Origin: an uncultured virus (IMG/VR IMGVR_UViG_3300011587_000017)
Lineage: Duplodnaviria; Heunggongvirae; Uroviricota; Caudoviricetes
Reading direction: 5' to 3' (one strand)
DNA length: 64,000 nt
Virus record (IMG/VR): IMGVR_UViG_3300011587_000017
Span: 1-64,000 of that record
Within the stretch, counting starts at the first letter, position 1; every line of letters starts with the position of its first letter. Under the pieces are notes generated by a model, which did no database searches, was not told the DNA's origin, and saw only the letters and a program-made list of their open reading frames with translations. Below, piece by piece: positions 46,462 through 56,508 of this stretch. Position numbers and translations under genes: made by a program.

Positions 46462-46997
46462 TCACCTTTTGAATTTAGCCCCAGCAATCTTCGCCTGAAG
46501 CAATATTTCTTCCCGGCGAAGATTTAATGCGTCACAGTAGAAGGCCAGCATGTCGAGCCAGTCCATCTCAATGACTGTTGGGAGGGGCGTATTGAAAACG
46601 TTCGCGACTAATCCGACGCATTCTCGCCAGTTGGCAGGGTAAATTCGGCCGATGCGTCGCGAACAGAACGGGGCAAAAAATCCAGACCCGCCTCATCGAG
46701 TGCGTCGGCGTCGTCTGCATCGAGTGCGTCATAGACTTCGAATGGGATATCGAAGACTGGCGGTGCAAGCTTTTTGCCAGCGCGAGAATTAGCAACATAC
46801 TCGCGAATTTCTGTACCAGTCACGCGGCGGACACGTACTTCCGTATAGCGCACGCCGTTCACAGTAAGCGGCCACTCGAGCGGAATAATCTTTTCGCGTG
46901 GTTTGTCGCTGTCGAAATGGATGACATTGCTGTCAACCTGCTCGGCGACTCCACTATTGATGATGGTAGTTGGAGCGTCCATCGTTTTCGTACCCAT
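46462..46997 (-). CDS. Frameshifted chaperone (P2 gpE+E'-like), -1 shift at TTTTTTG (46674-46680)
   Basis: -1 frame open to TGA 46462-46464 encoding ...WRECVGLVANVFNTPLPTVIEMDWLDMLAFY... Confidence 0.75.
46608..46997 (-). CDS. Tail assembly chaperone (P2 gpE-like)
   Basis: IPLEWPL...G..Y.EV.VRR; LD.DD..L..A..DFL. Confidence 0.8.
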   Translation of the reverse strand: MGTKTMDAPTTIINSGVAEQVDSNVIHFDSDKPREKIIPLEWPLTVNGVRYTEVRVRRVTGTEIREYVANSRAGKKLAPPVFDIPFEVYDALDADDADALDEAGLDFLPRSVRDASAEFTLPTGENASD

Positions 46998-47530
46998 TAG
47001 GAAATACCGATATTAGCCGCCACAGGAGCCAACGGCGCTCTGCCATCGAAACGAACACCGGCCGGGCCAGCGAAGTAGTCGAAGTAGATCTTCTCTTCGT
47101 TTTTGATTGTGAGCTCGTAATAAACGATCTCATTGACGGCATAGGCAGTTGAGACGCCCTGATCTGGGCTATACTCGCCTGGATCAAGTTCCGTCATTTT
47201 GCCTTCGATCACACCGATGAGAGGCATATCCTCCTGTGTTTGTGTATCGTAAAGATTGGCTCGGAAGGTGTACTTGATGCGGGTGTTTGCCATAAACCGC
47301 TTCATCAGATGCGGCTGGACGCCTTCAAGAGAGAACGTAAGAGCGTCAATCTTGAAGCTGTTCAATCCAATCGTCAGACTTGCAGCAGCACCACCGCCCA
47401 AGTGTTCCTTGGTGTTGCGGGTGAGCTTTGGCAGCTTCACAGACTTCATCGACAGGAATTCCGAGCTGGTCGGATCATCATCGCCGATGAAAAGGTTTGC
47501 TGCATTGAGGTTTGTAATAGTAGCGGACAT
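46997..47530 (-). CDS. Major tail tube (FII-like)
   Basis: VKLPKL...EH.GGG; YYELTI. Confidence 0.85.
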   Translation of the reverse strand: MSATITNLNAANLFIGDDDPTSSEFLSMKSVKLPKLTRNTKEHLGGGAAASLTIGLNSFKIDALTFSLEGVQPHLMKRFMANTRIKYTFRANLYDTQTQEDMPLIGVIEGKMTELDPGEYSPDQGVSTAYAVNEIVYYELTIKNEEKIYFDYFAGPAGVRFDGRAPLAPVAANIGIS

Positions 47531-47560
47531 TTATTGCTCCGTATCCTAAATGGGCAACGA

Positions 47561-49090
47561 TCACTGCGAGGTGATCGTGCCGTCCGAACCGATTGCCACG
47601 GCAATGCTCGCCACAAGCGACTCCAGCGCCGCTTCATAGCGGCGGGAACGCAGAGTGAGCTTACGGAACACAGGTGGTTCTTCTGCCTGGAAAGTGATGT
47701 TGAGGAAGCCAAGCCGGAGCTGTGACGTCGAGTTGTCCGCTGGGGTGAAGTAGATCTTGTATCCCAACAGATAGTCGCGGTTGCTCATATCCCGAAGCTT
47801 GGATTCGATCGTATTCACCACGGCCTGCACAAGCGCCAAGGTGATGTTGTACTTGCCCAGATAACCGCGGATCGTCTTGACCTGGTAAAGCTCAAGGAAA
47901 TCACGCAGTCGATTGACGTGAGCAAACTGCCAAGCGCTTTCTGCAGAGAGCGTATCGGTTCCCCAGAACGTGTATCCGCCGTCAGTCAAAGAGCCATCCA
48001 CGCCAACTTCACCACGGAAGATAATGCCGAAACCGCGGCTGATATCGAGCTGGCCCTGATTTGAGGCGTCAGTAATGGAGAATGGAATGCGCGGCGCAAC
48101 GCCTGAGATACCGTAGAGCTGCTGGTTCGCAATCGAGAACGCAGGAACGCCACCGGCTTCAGCATCGCGACGCGCATAAAGCGCAATCACATATGGCGAG
48201 AGCGGCTTTTCCACGATACTCCCATCTGCGTCGACAATCTTTGCCACCTGACGGAGAGGATGCAGGATATGCGCTGACCGTGGAAGCGTTTCCAGCCATG
48301 TCAGTGCTTGTTCTGGAGATCCGGTTGGACCTTCTGGAAGGAAGCGTGCGCGCGTGCGTTCCGCAACAGTCACGATGTTTGCGCAGACAGCATTCGCCAT
48401 AATCTCAATCGTCGCTGTCGCGGCCGGCATGACCTTGTCTTCTGCAGCGCCACCGCCGCTAAAGGTCACATTCACTGAACCAGAGAGATTTGCGCCAGGC
48501 TTATCGATCACAATCGACACAACTTTGTCAGCATTCGCGCCTGTACCAAGCACTGCGTGGGCCGTCGGCAAAACCTTCCCTGAACCGCTGCCACCACCAG
48601 TAAAGGCGACAGTTGGCACTTCAGTTAGGCCAGAGCCCGCATTGGTGATAACAACATTCGGGCCGGCCATTTGCTGGTGTGTATGGCCCGGTGCGATCAG
48701 AAGGCGAGCGGTTACGCCAAGAAGTTCTGGTGCATCTAAGAAGGCCCAAATACCCGTCGCATCCGCCTCGCTGCCAACGATGTTTGCGATTGTGGCGTTG
48801 TCGTCTGCACCCTTTTGGACACGTACGATGACTACGCTTGCAGCCGCGCTAGAAGCGGCCAGCTGAGCCGAAATGCCTACGAGCGCATCTTCGAGCGTGC
48901 CACCACCGAGCTTGCTACGCTTCGTGATATCGTTCGTGAACAGATGAACTGGCGTATTGAGCGGAAATACTGTTTCGTCTGCATCGGGCGCCGTTCCAAT
49001 AACGCCGATGACGCTCATGTCGGCATTCAAAGCAGTCGACGCCTCGATGCCGTCTCGAATATGCTGGATGCCAACTACAAGTTCGGCCAT
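47561..49090 (-). CDS. Tail sheath protein (FI-like)
   Basis: SVIGVIGTAPDAD..FPLNTPV, LLIAPG, FWG..TLS, W.F..V.R. Confidence 0.92.
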   Translation of the reverse strand: MAELVVGIQHIRDGIEASTALNADMSVIGVIGTAPDADETVFPLNTPVHLFTNDITKRSKLGGGTLEDALVGISAQLAASSAAASVVIVRVQKGADDNATIANIVGSEADATGIWAFLDAPELLGVTARLLIAPGHTHQQMAGPNVVITNAGSGLTEVPTVAFTGGGSGSGKVLPTAHAVLGTGANADKVVSIVIDKPGANLSGSVNVTFSGGGAAEDKVMPAATATIEIMANAVCANIVTVAERTRARFLPEGPTGSPEQALTWLETLPRSAHILHPLRQVAKIVDADGSIVEKPLSPYVIALYARRDAEAGGVPAFSIANQQLYGISGVAPRIPFSITDASNQGQLDISRGFGIIFRGEVGVDGSLTDGGYTFWGTDTLSAESAWQFAHVNRLRDFLELYQVKTIRGYLGKYNITLALVQAVVNTIESKLRDMSNRDYLLGYKIYFTPADNSTSQLRLGFLNITFQAEEPPVFRKLTLRSRRYEAALESLVASIAVAIGSDGTITSQ

Positions 49091-49162
49091 CTTTAATTCT
49101 CCGTAGGTGAAGCCCAATTGCGGGCAAAAAGAAAGCCCGGCGCGATGGCCAGGCTTGGAGAC

Positions 49163-49187
49163 AAAAAAACCGCCTCAACGGCGGCGG
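49163..49187 (-). terminator. Intrinsic terminator(s) after the tail-fibre module
   Basis: CCGCC-GTTGA-GGCGG then T7; a second hairpin with T tract at about 49126-49156. Confidence 0.7.
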
Positions 49188-49190
49188 TTG

Positions 49191-49847
49191 TTAGAGTTTG
49201 AAGGCTTCTCGCCAGAAGTCGTCTTTTTGCTCGACCGTCCATTCCAGCGCGAGGCGAACCGTATCGCTTAAAGGATGCAGACGGTTGAAGTTCTGCGCAC
49301 CGATAATAAACATTTGCGCTTCAAACTGATCATCTTCCGATGGTAGCTGGTCGATAATCGCTTGCAGTGGTGCCGGGATAGCGCCGCTTTGTAGTGCCGC
49401 CAACGCTTCCTGACGGCTGATGATCCCAAGCACCGCGAGATACTGGAAGAACTGGCGGCGGCTAATTTCATCAGGAACCAGCTCGGTAACGGGTGGCTCA
49501 ATAATGGCCTTTCCGTTCCAGATTTTCCCATAGACCGTTCCGCCCGGCCCGAAGGTAAATCCAAAGTCATTATCAATCCCGATAATGTCGGCTCCTTCGA
49601 TCTGCGATTGCTCAATGTCATCTGTCATCGAGAAAACCGCGCCATCTCGATCAACAGCGATATAGAACTTGTGCGGATCGTCTTTCGCAATGTCGCAAAT
49701 GTCTGTTCCATCCTCGTTTCGGAAGAAGAAGACATTCACATATCGCTTAGGCCCGTACTCGAACTCGCCGTCATCCTTCTGGCCTATAACCTCGGGAGGA
49801 AGCTCTACCGGAGTAAGAACCCTTTTGAATTTTCCAAAGTTTCTCAT
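49191..49847 (-). CDS. Tail fibre assembly-like protein
   Basis: Follows the fibre; VPDEISRRQF..., F.R.HP, EQ.DDFW..A. Confidence 0.65.
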   Translation of the reverse strand: MRNFGKFKRVLTPVELPPEVIGQKDDGEFEYGPKRYVNVFFFRNEDGTDICDIAKDDPHKFYIAVDRDGAVFSMTDDIEQSQIEGADIIGIDNDFGFTFGPGGTVYGKIWNGKAIIEPPVTELVPDEISRRQFFQYLAVLGIISRQEALAALQSGAIPAPLQAIIDQLPSEDDQFEAQMFIIGAQNFNRLHPLSDTVRLALEWTVEQKDDFWREAFKL

Positions 49848-49848
49848 T

Positions 49849-50982
49849 TTACCAGCCTCCGAAAGCTCGCCAACCGACGTTAGGGATATGAATTTGCAAT
49901 TGCCGGGTGGATAGTCCGGTAACGGCTCCCTGTCCGCTGATAGATTGAAAACGATACCCGGTGCATACGTAGCCACTGTCAAATTCTTGAAACAAGTTCG
50001 CGGTGCCTGCGGCTGCCCGCGTAATGTATCCGGCGAACCGCGTGTCAGTAACGCGCCAATTGAGCTGGCCCTGAACATCGGCAAGCGTCCAGCCGCCCGC
50101 GCCCAAGCGATCCGCATATGTCGCGCCGTTCGCCCAGTTGGCCGAATTGGCGTAATTTACGCTGAAATTGGCCGGATTGTATGCGTAGACATTTGCCCCG
50201 TCGCTTCCGCCCAAAACCCAAGACGGCATGCCTGACTGACCGCTCCATATGATGTTCAGTGCACCGCCGTCTGACCTGCGCGGATAAGCACGACCGCCCA
50301 TATTGCCTGCAATGATATTGTTGACTTCAGTTTTGACGTAGAAAATCGAGCGCAGCCAAGTGACAATGTTTCCCCACGTCCATCGGACGAGAGTTCCAGA
50401 ACCCGCCAATACACCTGTAAGGCTATCACCATCTGCGATTGACTGTTGTCCATTCGCCCCCGCCACAGCGGCACCCACGGTGCCGGTCGTGGTCAGCGCG
50501 GGCAGATAGACACCTGCAATCTTGCTATCGGCGCCAAGTGGTGCAACGCCGCCTGCGGCTCCCTTGTCGACAACGCCGACGGCTTCAATGTTGTCGCGTG
50601 CGCGCTTCTTCTGCGCGAGGGTGAATTCCTGCGCATCATCTACGCGGACGCGAAGCCCAAGCGCTTTACCAATGGTGTCGGTCAGATTGGAGAGCGCCTG
50701 GGTGAACGATTGGCTTAGACTGCTGCCCGATTCCGTGATGGCACTTTCAACCTGCGCGGATGTCATCGCATCCTTAATGCCATATCCTTCAAGCGTCGTC
50801 GGCGTCTGCTCAATATCGCCGAACTTGTGTTTGTGCTCGTTATAGGCGTCCACGAACGTCTTGAAAGTGGCGTCGATCTCGCTGATCGTATCACCGATCT
50901 GCTTGATTTCGACAATCTGATTGCCTTGCGGCAGTGGCAGAGGCCAGTGGTAGTTCGGTGTGAGTGTGCGTTCTTCTGCCAT
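49849..50982 (-). CDS. Tail fibre protein
   Basis: TPNY..PLP, PTTLEGYGI.DA, GVAPL.AD.KI, VNYANSA motifs. Confidence 0.8.
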   Translation of the reverse strand: MAEERTLTPNYHWPLPLPQGNQIVEIKQIGDTISEIDATFKTFVDAYNEHKHKFGDIEQTPTTLEGYGIKDAMTSAQVESAITESGSSLSQSFTQALSNLTDTIGKALGLRVRVDDAQEFTLAQKKRARDNIEAVGVVDKGAAGGVAPLGADSKIAGVYLPALTTTGTVGAAVAGANGQQSIADGDSLTGVLAGSGTLVRWTWGNIVTWLRSIFYVKTEVNNIIAGNMGGRAYPRRSDGGALNIIWSGQSGMPSWVLGGSDGANVYAYNPANFSVNYANSANWANGATYADRLGAGGWTLADVQGQLNWRVTDTRFAGYITRAAAGTANLFQEFDSGYVCTGYRFQSISGQGAVTGLSTRQLQIHIPNVGWRAFGGW

Positions 50983-50983
50983 G

Positions 50984-52015
50984 TCATGCCACCTTCGAAA
51001 TCCACATGCGCAGGTTCGATATTTCCGGGCGCGCAGCTGGCGTGCCGTTCAAAACAATGCGCGTGCGGGCATCCAGATTTGCTTCGGGATAGTCAGGCCG
51101 CTGATAGGTCTGCTCTGCGAGCCCATCACCAAGCGGGATCGCTTCAACCGGCGCGGCCTGGACGAAATCACCTTGCACACCAATCGACACTTGTGCGGAT
51201 GAACCGCTCGGAAGCTTTGCTTCGATCGTGGTGACAACCTTGCTCGCATCCTTGAACTCAACAGAGCGGGTTTCATAAGTTGCGGTTGGCTGAAGCTCTC
51301 CCTCACGCACCTGTACACCGGGAAAGACGAAAGGCGTCACCCGATCCGATCCGCGCAAATGAGCGAACACCTGAATATCCTCGTTGACGATATATTCGGT
51401 GAGCATATGTGCCTGCGTCGGCGACGACACGATTTCACTGCCATCCGGACGTTTGAGGATGATCGCAACATCAGTTCCCGTTTCGGGATATTCGACACCG
51501 GCTGACACCAGAATATCTGACATCTTCGCCGCCTTGAACGTGCCGACATAGGCGCGCTTCTCGGTTTCGGTAAATCGTGCGCCGCGCAGCTTGCAGACCA
51601 GATATGTGCCGTCGAGCGTTGTAACGGTTGCACCGTTCGAAGAAATCTGAAGCGAGCCAACAGTAAAGGGCTGCTGGCTGATCAGCTGGCCGGTTTTGTC
51701 CACGTCGCCCAGCCTGCCAACCGCCACAGTACGGGTTGGATCGTCCGTCATCAGCACGATGGCAAGGTTGCGGGCCTTGTCGGAATAGACCGGATAACGG
51801 AAGTTGGCATCAAAGAACTCGCCTGCCTTCAGGGCCGATCCGGGGACATATGCTTCCGCCAGCACAGTTTTAGGATCGGCTGCGCCATATTCCATCGGCC
51901 TGATCTGCACCAGAACCGGCTTCGCGGGATCGCCTGCGCGGGTGCATTTGACCGATACGCCAGTAAGGCAACGCGATTCAGTCAGCACGAAAGGCTGCGA
52001 GATCGGGTTAGTCAT
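50984..52015 (-). CDS. Virion protein, C-terminal partner of the DUF4815-like protein
   Basis: Begins PISQPF; QPFTVG.L..SSN; GTPAARP. Confidence 0.65.
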   Translation of the reverse strand: MTNPISQPFVLTESRCLTGVSVKCTRAGDPAKPVLVQIRPMEYGAADPKTVLAEAYVPGSALKAGEFFDANFRYPVYSDKARNLAIVLMTDDPTRTVAVGRLGDVDKTGQLISQQPFTVGSLQISSNGATVTTLDGTYLVCKLRGARFTETEKRAYVGTFKAAKMSDILVSAGVEYPETGTDVAIILKRPDGSEIVSSPTQAHMLTEYIVNEDIQVFAHLRGSDRVTPFVFPGVQVREGELQPTATYETRSVEFKDASKVVTTIEAKLPSGSSAQVSIGVQGDFVQAAPVEAIPLGDGLAEQTYQRPDYPEANLDARTRIVLNGTPAARPEISNLRMWISKVA

Positions 52016-54302
52016 GGTGTCCGCTCCTTGGTCCGCGTTCTTTGATAACGATCGAGTTGTTTTGATTGCCGGTCGGCTGAGTGACGTTGGTCACGTTGGT
52101 GACGTTGTTAATCACTGTGTTGTTGACGACAGGCTTCGGCATTGTCGCGGTTGTTGTCTGGACGGAAGTGGCAAGGCGATACTCTTCTGTGCTGATCTCA
52201 CCGCGCGCCGCATAGGTGCATGAGGCTTCAGTGAACGCGCCCTGGAACACAACAATCTTGGTGCCGGTCGGAACTTTGGGCGGGATTTCCAGCGTGCCGG
52301 TAATAACGCCATCGTTTCCGGCAGGACCGGAAAGGGTGGCTGGCGCGATCTCGATCTCGTCAAAGAATATCTTCGCCAGTGTTTCGTTGGGCCGGAAACC
52401 TTCGATCCGGAAGGCAAGCGGACGCTGCCGGATGAACTCTGCCGCTTTCACATCCGTCCGGACTTTCTCCACGTTGGCCGTGATGTCTATGCCAGTGATG
52501 TAGTCCGGCAAATACTCGCCCATCGAGGAATCGAAGCTCTGTGTTTCGCTCGATGACCAGACCGTGTTCTTGTCCGTCCACGTATCTGTCGCGGGATTGA
52601 GCGTTGCGCGGCCCGGTACTGCGGTAAAGACGGCATTCGGATTGATCTCGATCTCGCCGCTTTCGCGCAACTGGCTCAGAACAATTTCCTCGGAGAATGG
52701 CAGCATCAACGGATCTGTCATTGCCGGGAACTCGTGGGCCGTTGTCTTGATCGGCAGGCGCAGCTTTCCGCCATAGCTTGCAGCCGTCTGCGCCACGCCC
52801 TGATCACGCATGGCATCGTTGACGAAGGAATCCACAAACATGCCGCGCCGGGCTGATACGTCCCGTGCGTTGACATCGAAGCGCAAGCGGAGCTGCGCCA
52901 CCAGATCGGCCAGATTGACAACCGTCTCCTTCAGGTTGCGCATTTCCGAATAGTCCATATTCGGAACGGCAGTCTGCTCGATGCCTGGAAGCAAGCCCCA
53001 GTTATTGGTCACGCGGGCAAGTTCAAGATGCGTTGCAGGAACCGAAGGTGCTCTGGGCCGGGTGGCGGACGATGTTCCCTTGATATGAGCCAGATAGCCT
53101 CCTGGGATCAGCGCGATCACATCGATGCGCGGCAGCTTGTAATCATAATCAAGGAATACGTCTGTTTCCTTTGCCGCGCCGCTGATCTTCAGGAAGTTGC
53201 GCCCGATCGCTTCCGGTGCCAGCGTGATGTTCTCGTAATATTGATAGTGGATTTCATACGAGGCACCGGGTGCAGGTTCAGGTCCGGAAGGCGACCAGTC
53301 TAGCGAGCCGCCAGAATTGATCCATGACGTGGTTGCCGGATATTCGCGCGTTGTATCCCACACCTTGAAAATCTGCTTGATGGATGAATGCGGCAGCTGA
53401 TCAGTCACGCCGCTGTAAGAACCGTGCACGATCGTCTGCGTTGTCTCTTTAACAATGGTGACGCGGCGAACCCTGGCAATCGGTGATTTGGTGAGCTGGA
53501 TCGTCTGTTCACCGCCTGTCGCGGCGGTGAAGCGGTGCGTTTCATTATCGACGGGTGCAAGGTCCGGTTCTTCAGGAATGACGAAACGCAACCCTTGAGA
53601 ACGTGCGGTACGCCATCCATTGAGCCATGCAACGCCTTCGGAAACGGAAAACACCTGATTTCCGCTTCCATCAGCGCCGTTCGCAAAAACTTCGAAACCG
53701 CTCGTTACAAAGCTGCCGTTGCTTTCGTCCGACTGGCGGGCGAGTGCCTTGTAGATCTCCGAGAATTCGGTGTTGGTGTCCGACATCAGGATCGTGCCGT
53801 CGAGAACGGTATAGACGTTGACGAGGGGACTTTCGTTGAGGATGCGCGAGTGCGACCAGGAGACGGAAATTTCAATCCGGCTTGCGCCTGCCTGCATGTA
53901 TGCCTGCGTGTCCGGAATACTTCCTTTAAGCGATGGATCAATTACATCGTCAATGGTCTTCTCGGTAACGATCACACCGATAAAGGCGGTACCAGCTTTA
54001 TTCAGGACGAACTCGGCGGCAGGAACATCGTGGAAGTAGCCACCAACATAGACCGTGCAATCGCCAAGTTTGACGCGGATGCGATCCTCGTCGACTTCCT
54101 CCACAACCGGAGCCGGTCCAGCCGTAACGCGACCGTCCTGAAACAAGACGTCAAAACCGCGCCGCATCTTGTCGTCGCCCATAGACTGAAGCTCGTTCAA
54201 GTCTGTCGATTGCAGATAGAGCTTCTTCCTGAAGGCAAGCGCGAAGCGTTTTGCGCCTCGGCTATAGCGGTCAAGAAATCCATGTCGAATGAAAATGCTC
54301 AT
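52008..54302 (-). CDS. DUF4815-like baseplate/tail protein
   Basis: LQSTDLNELQ, YKLPRID, GMFVD.F..D..RD.G, INP.AVF, L.P.TD.W. Confidence 0.78.
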   Translation of the reverse strand: MSIFIRHGFLDRYSRGAKRFALAFRKKLYLQSTDLNELQSMGDDKMRRGFDVLFQDGRVTAGPAPVVEEVDEDRIRVKLGDCTVYVGGYFHDVPAAEFVLNKAGTAFIGVIVTEKTIDDVIDPSLKGSIPDTQAYMQAGASRIEISVSWSHSRILNESPLVNVYTVLDGTILMSDTNTEFSEIYKALARQSDESNGSFVTSGFEVFANGADGSGNQVFSVSEGVAWLNGWRTARSQGLRFVIPEEPDLAPVDNETHRFTAATGGEQTIQLTKSPIARVRRVTIVKETTQTIVHGSYSGVTDQLPHSSIKQIFKVWDTTREYPATTSWINSGGSLDWSPSGPEPAPGASYEIHYQYYENITLAPEAIGRNFLKISGAAKETDVFLDYDYKLPRIDVIALIPGGYLAHIKGTSSATRPRAPSVPATHLELARVTNNWGLLPGIEQTAVPNMDYSEMRNLKETVVNLADLVAQLRLRFDVNARDVSARRGMFVDSFVNDAMRDQGVAQTAASYGGKLRLPIKTTAHEFPAMTDPLMLPFSEEIVLSQLRESGEIEINPNAVFTAVPGRATLNPATDTWTDKNTVWSSSETQSFDSSMGEYLPDYITGIDITANVEKVRTDVKAAEFIRQRPLAFRIEGFRPNETLAKIFFDEIEIAPATLSGPAGNDGVITGTLEIPPKVPTGTKIVVFQGAFTEASCTYAARGEISTEEYRLATSVQTTTATMPKPVVNNTVINNVTNVTNVTQPTGNQNNSIVIKERGPRSGHHD

Positions 54303-54307
54303 AGGGT

Positions 54308-54832
54308 TCAGACCTCAAGAATAGGCGTCATCGACTGGCTCAACGAACCGTCGCGAACGATCGGAGGAAAGCGGGTGAGCTGGATCAGCGTGCCCGGCGA
54401 AGTCACGTCCGCAAGTGGCACGTACATTTGACCGGCTGGAACGCTGGCTGCGAATTGCGTGCCGACATAAATACCGTTTTCACGCAAAGAGACGCCGGTC
54501 GCGTCTTCAAGCTCCAGCAGATATTCGAGCATAAATGCCGGAACCGGATCATTGGTTTTCGACCATTTGGAGCCATCCAGCATGACGATCGTTCCTGCCT
54601 CATCGGGCATGACGAAAGACTTTGATCGGATGCGCGTGAAGCCGACGCAGTTCTTCAGCGATGTCTCTTTTGAAAGAGCCGCCATTTCGAGCGCTTCTTC
54701 CTCTGGAGTGGCGGGCGGCGGAATGTCGTCCCACGCGGGATCGCCACTTCCAACCGCGAGAAATAGCGGCTGCTGCATTAACAACTGCGCGACAATGGTG
54801 CGGGAGCCAATGGTAAAAACTGGAGAAGCCAT
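54308..54832 (-). CDS. Baseplate/tail-collar-like protein
   Basis: LAVGSGDPAWD, RE.GIY motifs. Confidence 0.65.
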   Translation of the reverse strand: MASPVFTIGSRTIVAQLLMQQPLFLAVGSGDPAWDDIPPPATPEEEALEMAALSKETSLKNCVGFTRIRSKSFVMPDEAGTIVMLDGSKWSKTNDPVPAFMLEYLLELEDATGVSLRENGIYVGTQFAASVPAGQMYVPLADVTSPGTLIQLTRFPPIVRDGSLSQSMTPILEV

Positions 54833-54833
54833 T

Positions 54834-55643
54834 TTATGAAAGCCCTAAATGCGCCCGGAAGGCTGGCTTGCCGAACGATGCGGAGACAAAAGGCGCGTTT
54901 TGAAACGGCTGGATGGCCGGTTCGCTATAGCGCGTGAGGCGGGTTGATATTGCTGCGAACATGCCTTGACGTTGGCGCATCGGAAGGTCGTAGCGGATAC
55001 GATAGGGCTGAGTTAAATGGGCGGCGTACCGAGCCTTAACGATATCCTGCCGCCAGAAACGAACGCGGTCACGGTGATGGAAGCGCAGTGACAAAACCGG
55101 CTCGTCGGGTGTTCGACGAATACCGGACCAGTCATCAAGATATGCGCCGCCGTCGAGCTGATGCGTGTCGAGACGAAAAGCCCGCACATCCCATCCCGCC
55201 GTGACGCGTATGAAATCCGATCGCAAGGGCTTTGAAGCTTTAACGAGCCGCGTCATCGGCTTCACAAAGCCGGTGTTGCGAACCTCGAACGGCAAATGGA
55301 TTTGGAACTGCCACCATTTTGCATCATCGAAGCTGGATTCCTCGATATCGCCGTCATGATTGATCCAGCGCAACGCTGTGTGAACTGCAGATGGAGTGCC
55401 AATAATTCGCTGCCACGCGACGCCGCGTGATAACAGCAATCGTAAATCTGGAATGAAATCGGCGATCTCTTGCAGGCCGTATTCTGCCACCAGGTAAGGG
55501 ACGATCTCATCAGAAGGATTGTATTTAAAACCGCGCAGCGCAACCACACCGGGCCCGATTTCAGGTGTCCGGTCCATGGACTCGGAAATAGCTGTTTCGA
55601 GCGCCGTGGCATTGCTGGGCAGCAATGCGGAACGGTCAACCAT
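54834..55643 (-). CDS. Tail protein I (P2 gpI-like)
   Basis: LLPSNATALE, PYL..EYGL, GTP.AV..AL. Confidence 0.85.
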   Translation of the reverse strand: MVDRSALLPSNATALETAISESMDRTPEIGPGVVALRGFKYNPSDEIVPYLVAEYGLQEIADFIPDLRLLLSRGVAWQRIIGTPSAVHTALRWINHDGDIEESSFDDAKWWQFQIHLPFEVRNTGFVKPMTRLVKASKPLRSDFIRVTAGWDVRAFRLDTHQLDGGAYLDDWSGIRRTPDEPVLSLRFHHRDRVRFWRQDIVKARYAAHLTQPYRIRYDLPMRQRQGMFAAISTRLTRYSEPAIQPFQNAPFVSASFGKPAFRAHLGLS

Positions 55644-56497
55644 CAGTAATCCCGGCCTTTATTGGTGAGTGTGATAGTTCCGAGGGCCGTTGCCGAGCCT
55701 TCGGAGTTGATGATCGATGCAGATGGAGAGGTGACGACTACCTTTTTAACACCCTCAATATGGAGACGAGATTCCAGCCACGAGATCTCAAGATCAAAGC
55801 CGACGCCAGATTCCTCCTGCCATGCTTTTCTGAGGATACCCTCCAACTCCGTGACTAAATTGGAGCTTGCGTCTGGCAACAGCCAAATATCCGCTGCGAC
55901 GTCGACGGTCTGCGTTACTGCGGCCTCAACAATAATGGTGTCGTTCAGCAGGCGGACGCGATCACTCATGATCTCTGCTGTGACGGCGTCGAGCATTGCC
56001 TTATCAGGAACGCCGCCATCTTGCGAAGATAATACAGCCACATGGATAATCGGCCAGAACATCTCGCGATAAACGACGACATCTTTGATGCGCGTATCAG
56101 CGCGCAAAGCGGCCTGCTTATACCAGTATGAAGACCCTCCAGGTGAGCGTGCCTGAATTGCGAGAACGACTCGAGCGCGAAGCTGGATGTCATTCTCTCC
56201 CGCCAGTCTTGTCACATCATAAAATGCTGCGAGATGGTCAAGATCGCTTCCCGATGCATAGGCAATGAGGTTCGCCTTTGCTGCATCGTTGATGCGCTGT
56301 CGAATGATGATCTCACGAGCCGATGAAACTTCGACAAGGATCTTGGCGGGATCAGTCTCGAGATTTCCGACATCATATGTGATGCCGGATTTAAGAAACC
56401 GCTCCTTCAGATCCGCAAGTGCTTGATCTAAAATGCTCGCATAGCTGACCGTCTCGATCACTCTAGGAGTGGCCAAGGTTGTTAAATCAATAGTCAT
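55643..56497 (-). CDS. Baseplate J
   Basis: RQRINDAA..NLIAYA.GSDLDHLAA...E.D..LR.R. Confidence 0.92.
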   Translation of the reverse strand: MTIDLTTLATPRVIETVSYASILDQALADLKERFLKSGITYDVGNLETDPAKILVEVSSAREIIIRQRINDAAKANLIAYASGSDLDHLAAFYDVTRLAGENDIQLRARVVLAIQARSPGGSSYWYKQAALRADTRIKDVVVYREMFWPIIHVAVLSSQDGGVPDKAMLDAVTAEIMSDRVRLLNDTIIVEAAVTQTVDVAADIWLLPDASSNLVTELEGILRKAWQEESGVGFDLEISWLESRLHIEGVKKVVVTSPSASIINSEGSATALGTITLTNKGRDY

Positions 56498-56508
56498 GGA
56501 CTTATTCC

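Noticed and set aside
49191..50982. Diversity-generating retroelement or invertible fibre cassette
   Set aside because: No reverse transcriptase, invertase or duplicated variable region seen in the window
53535..54431. 298-aa + strand ORF
   Set aside because: Antisense shadow of the DUF4815-like gene
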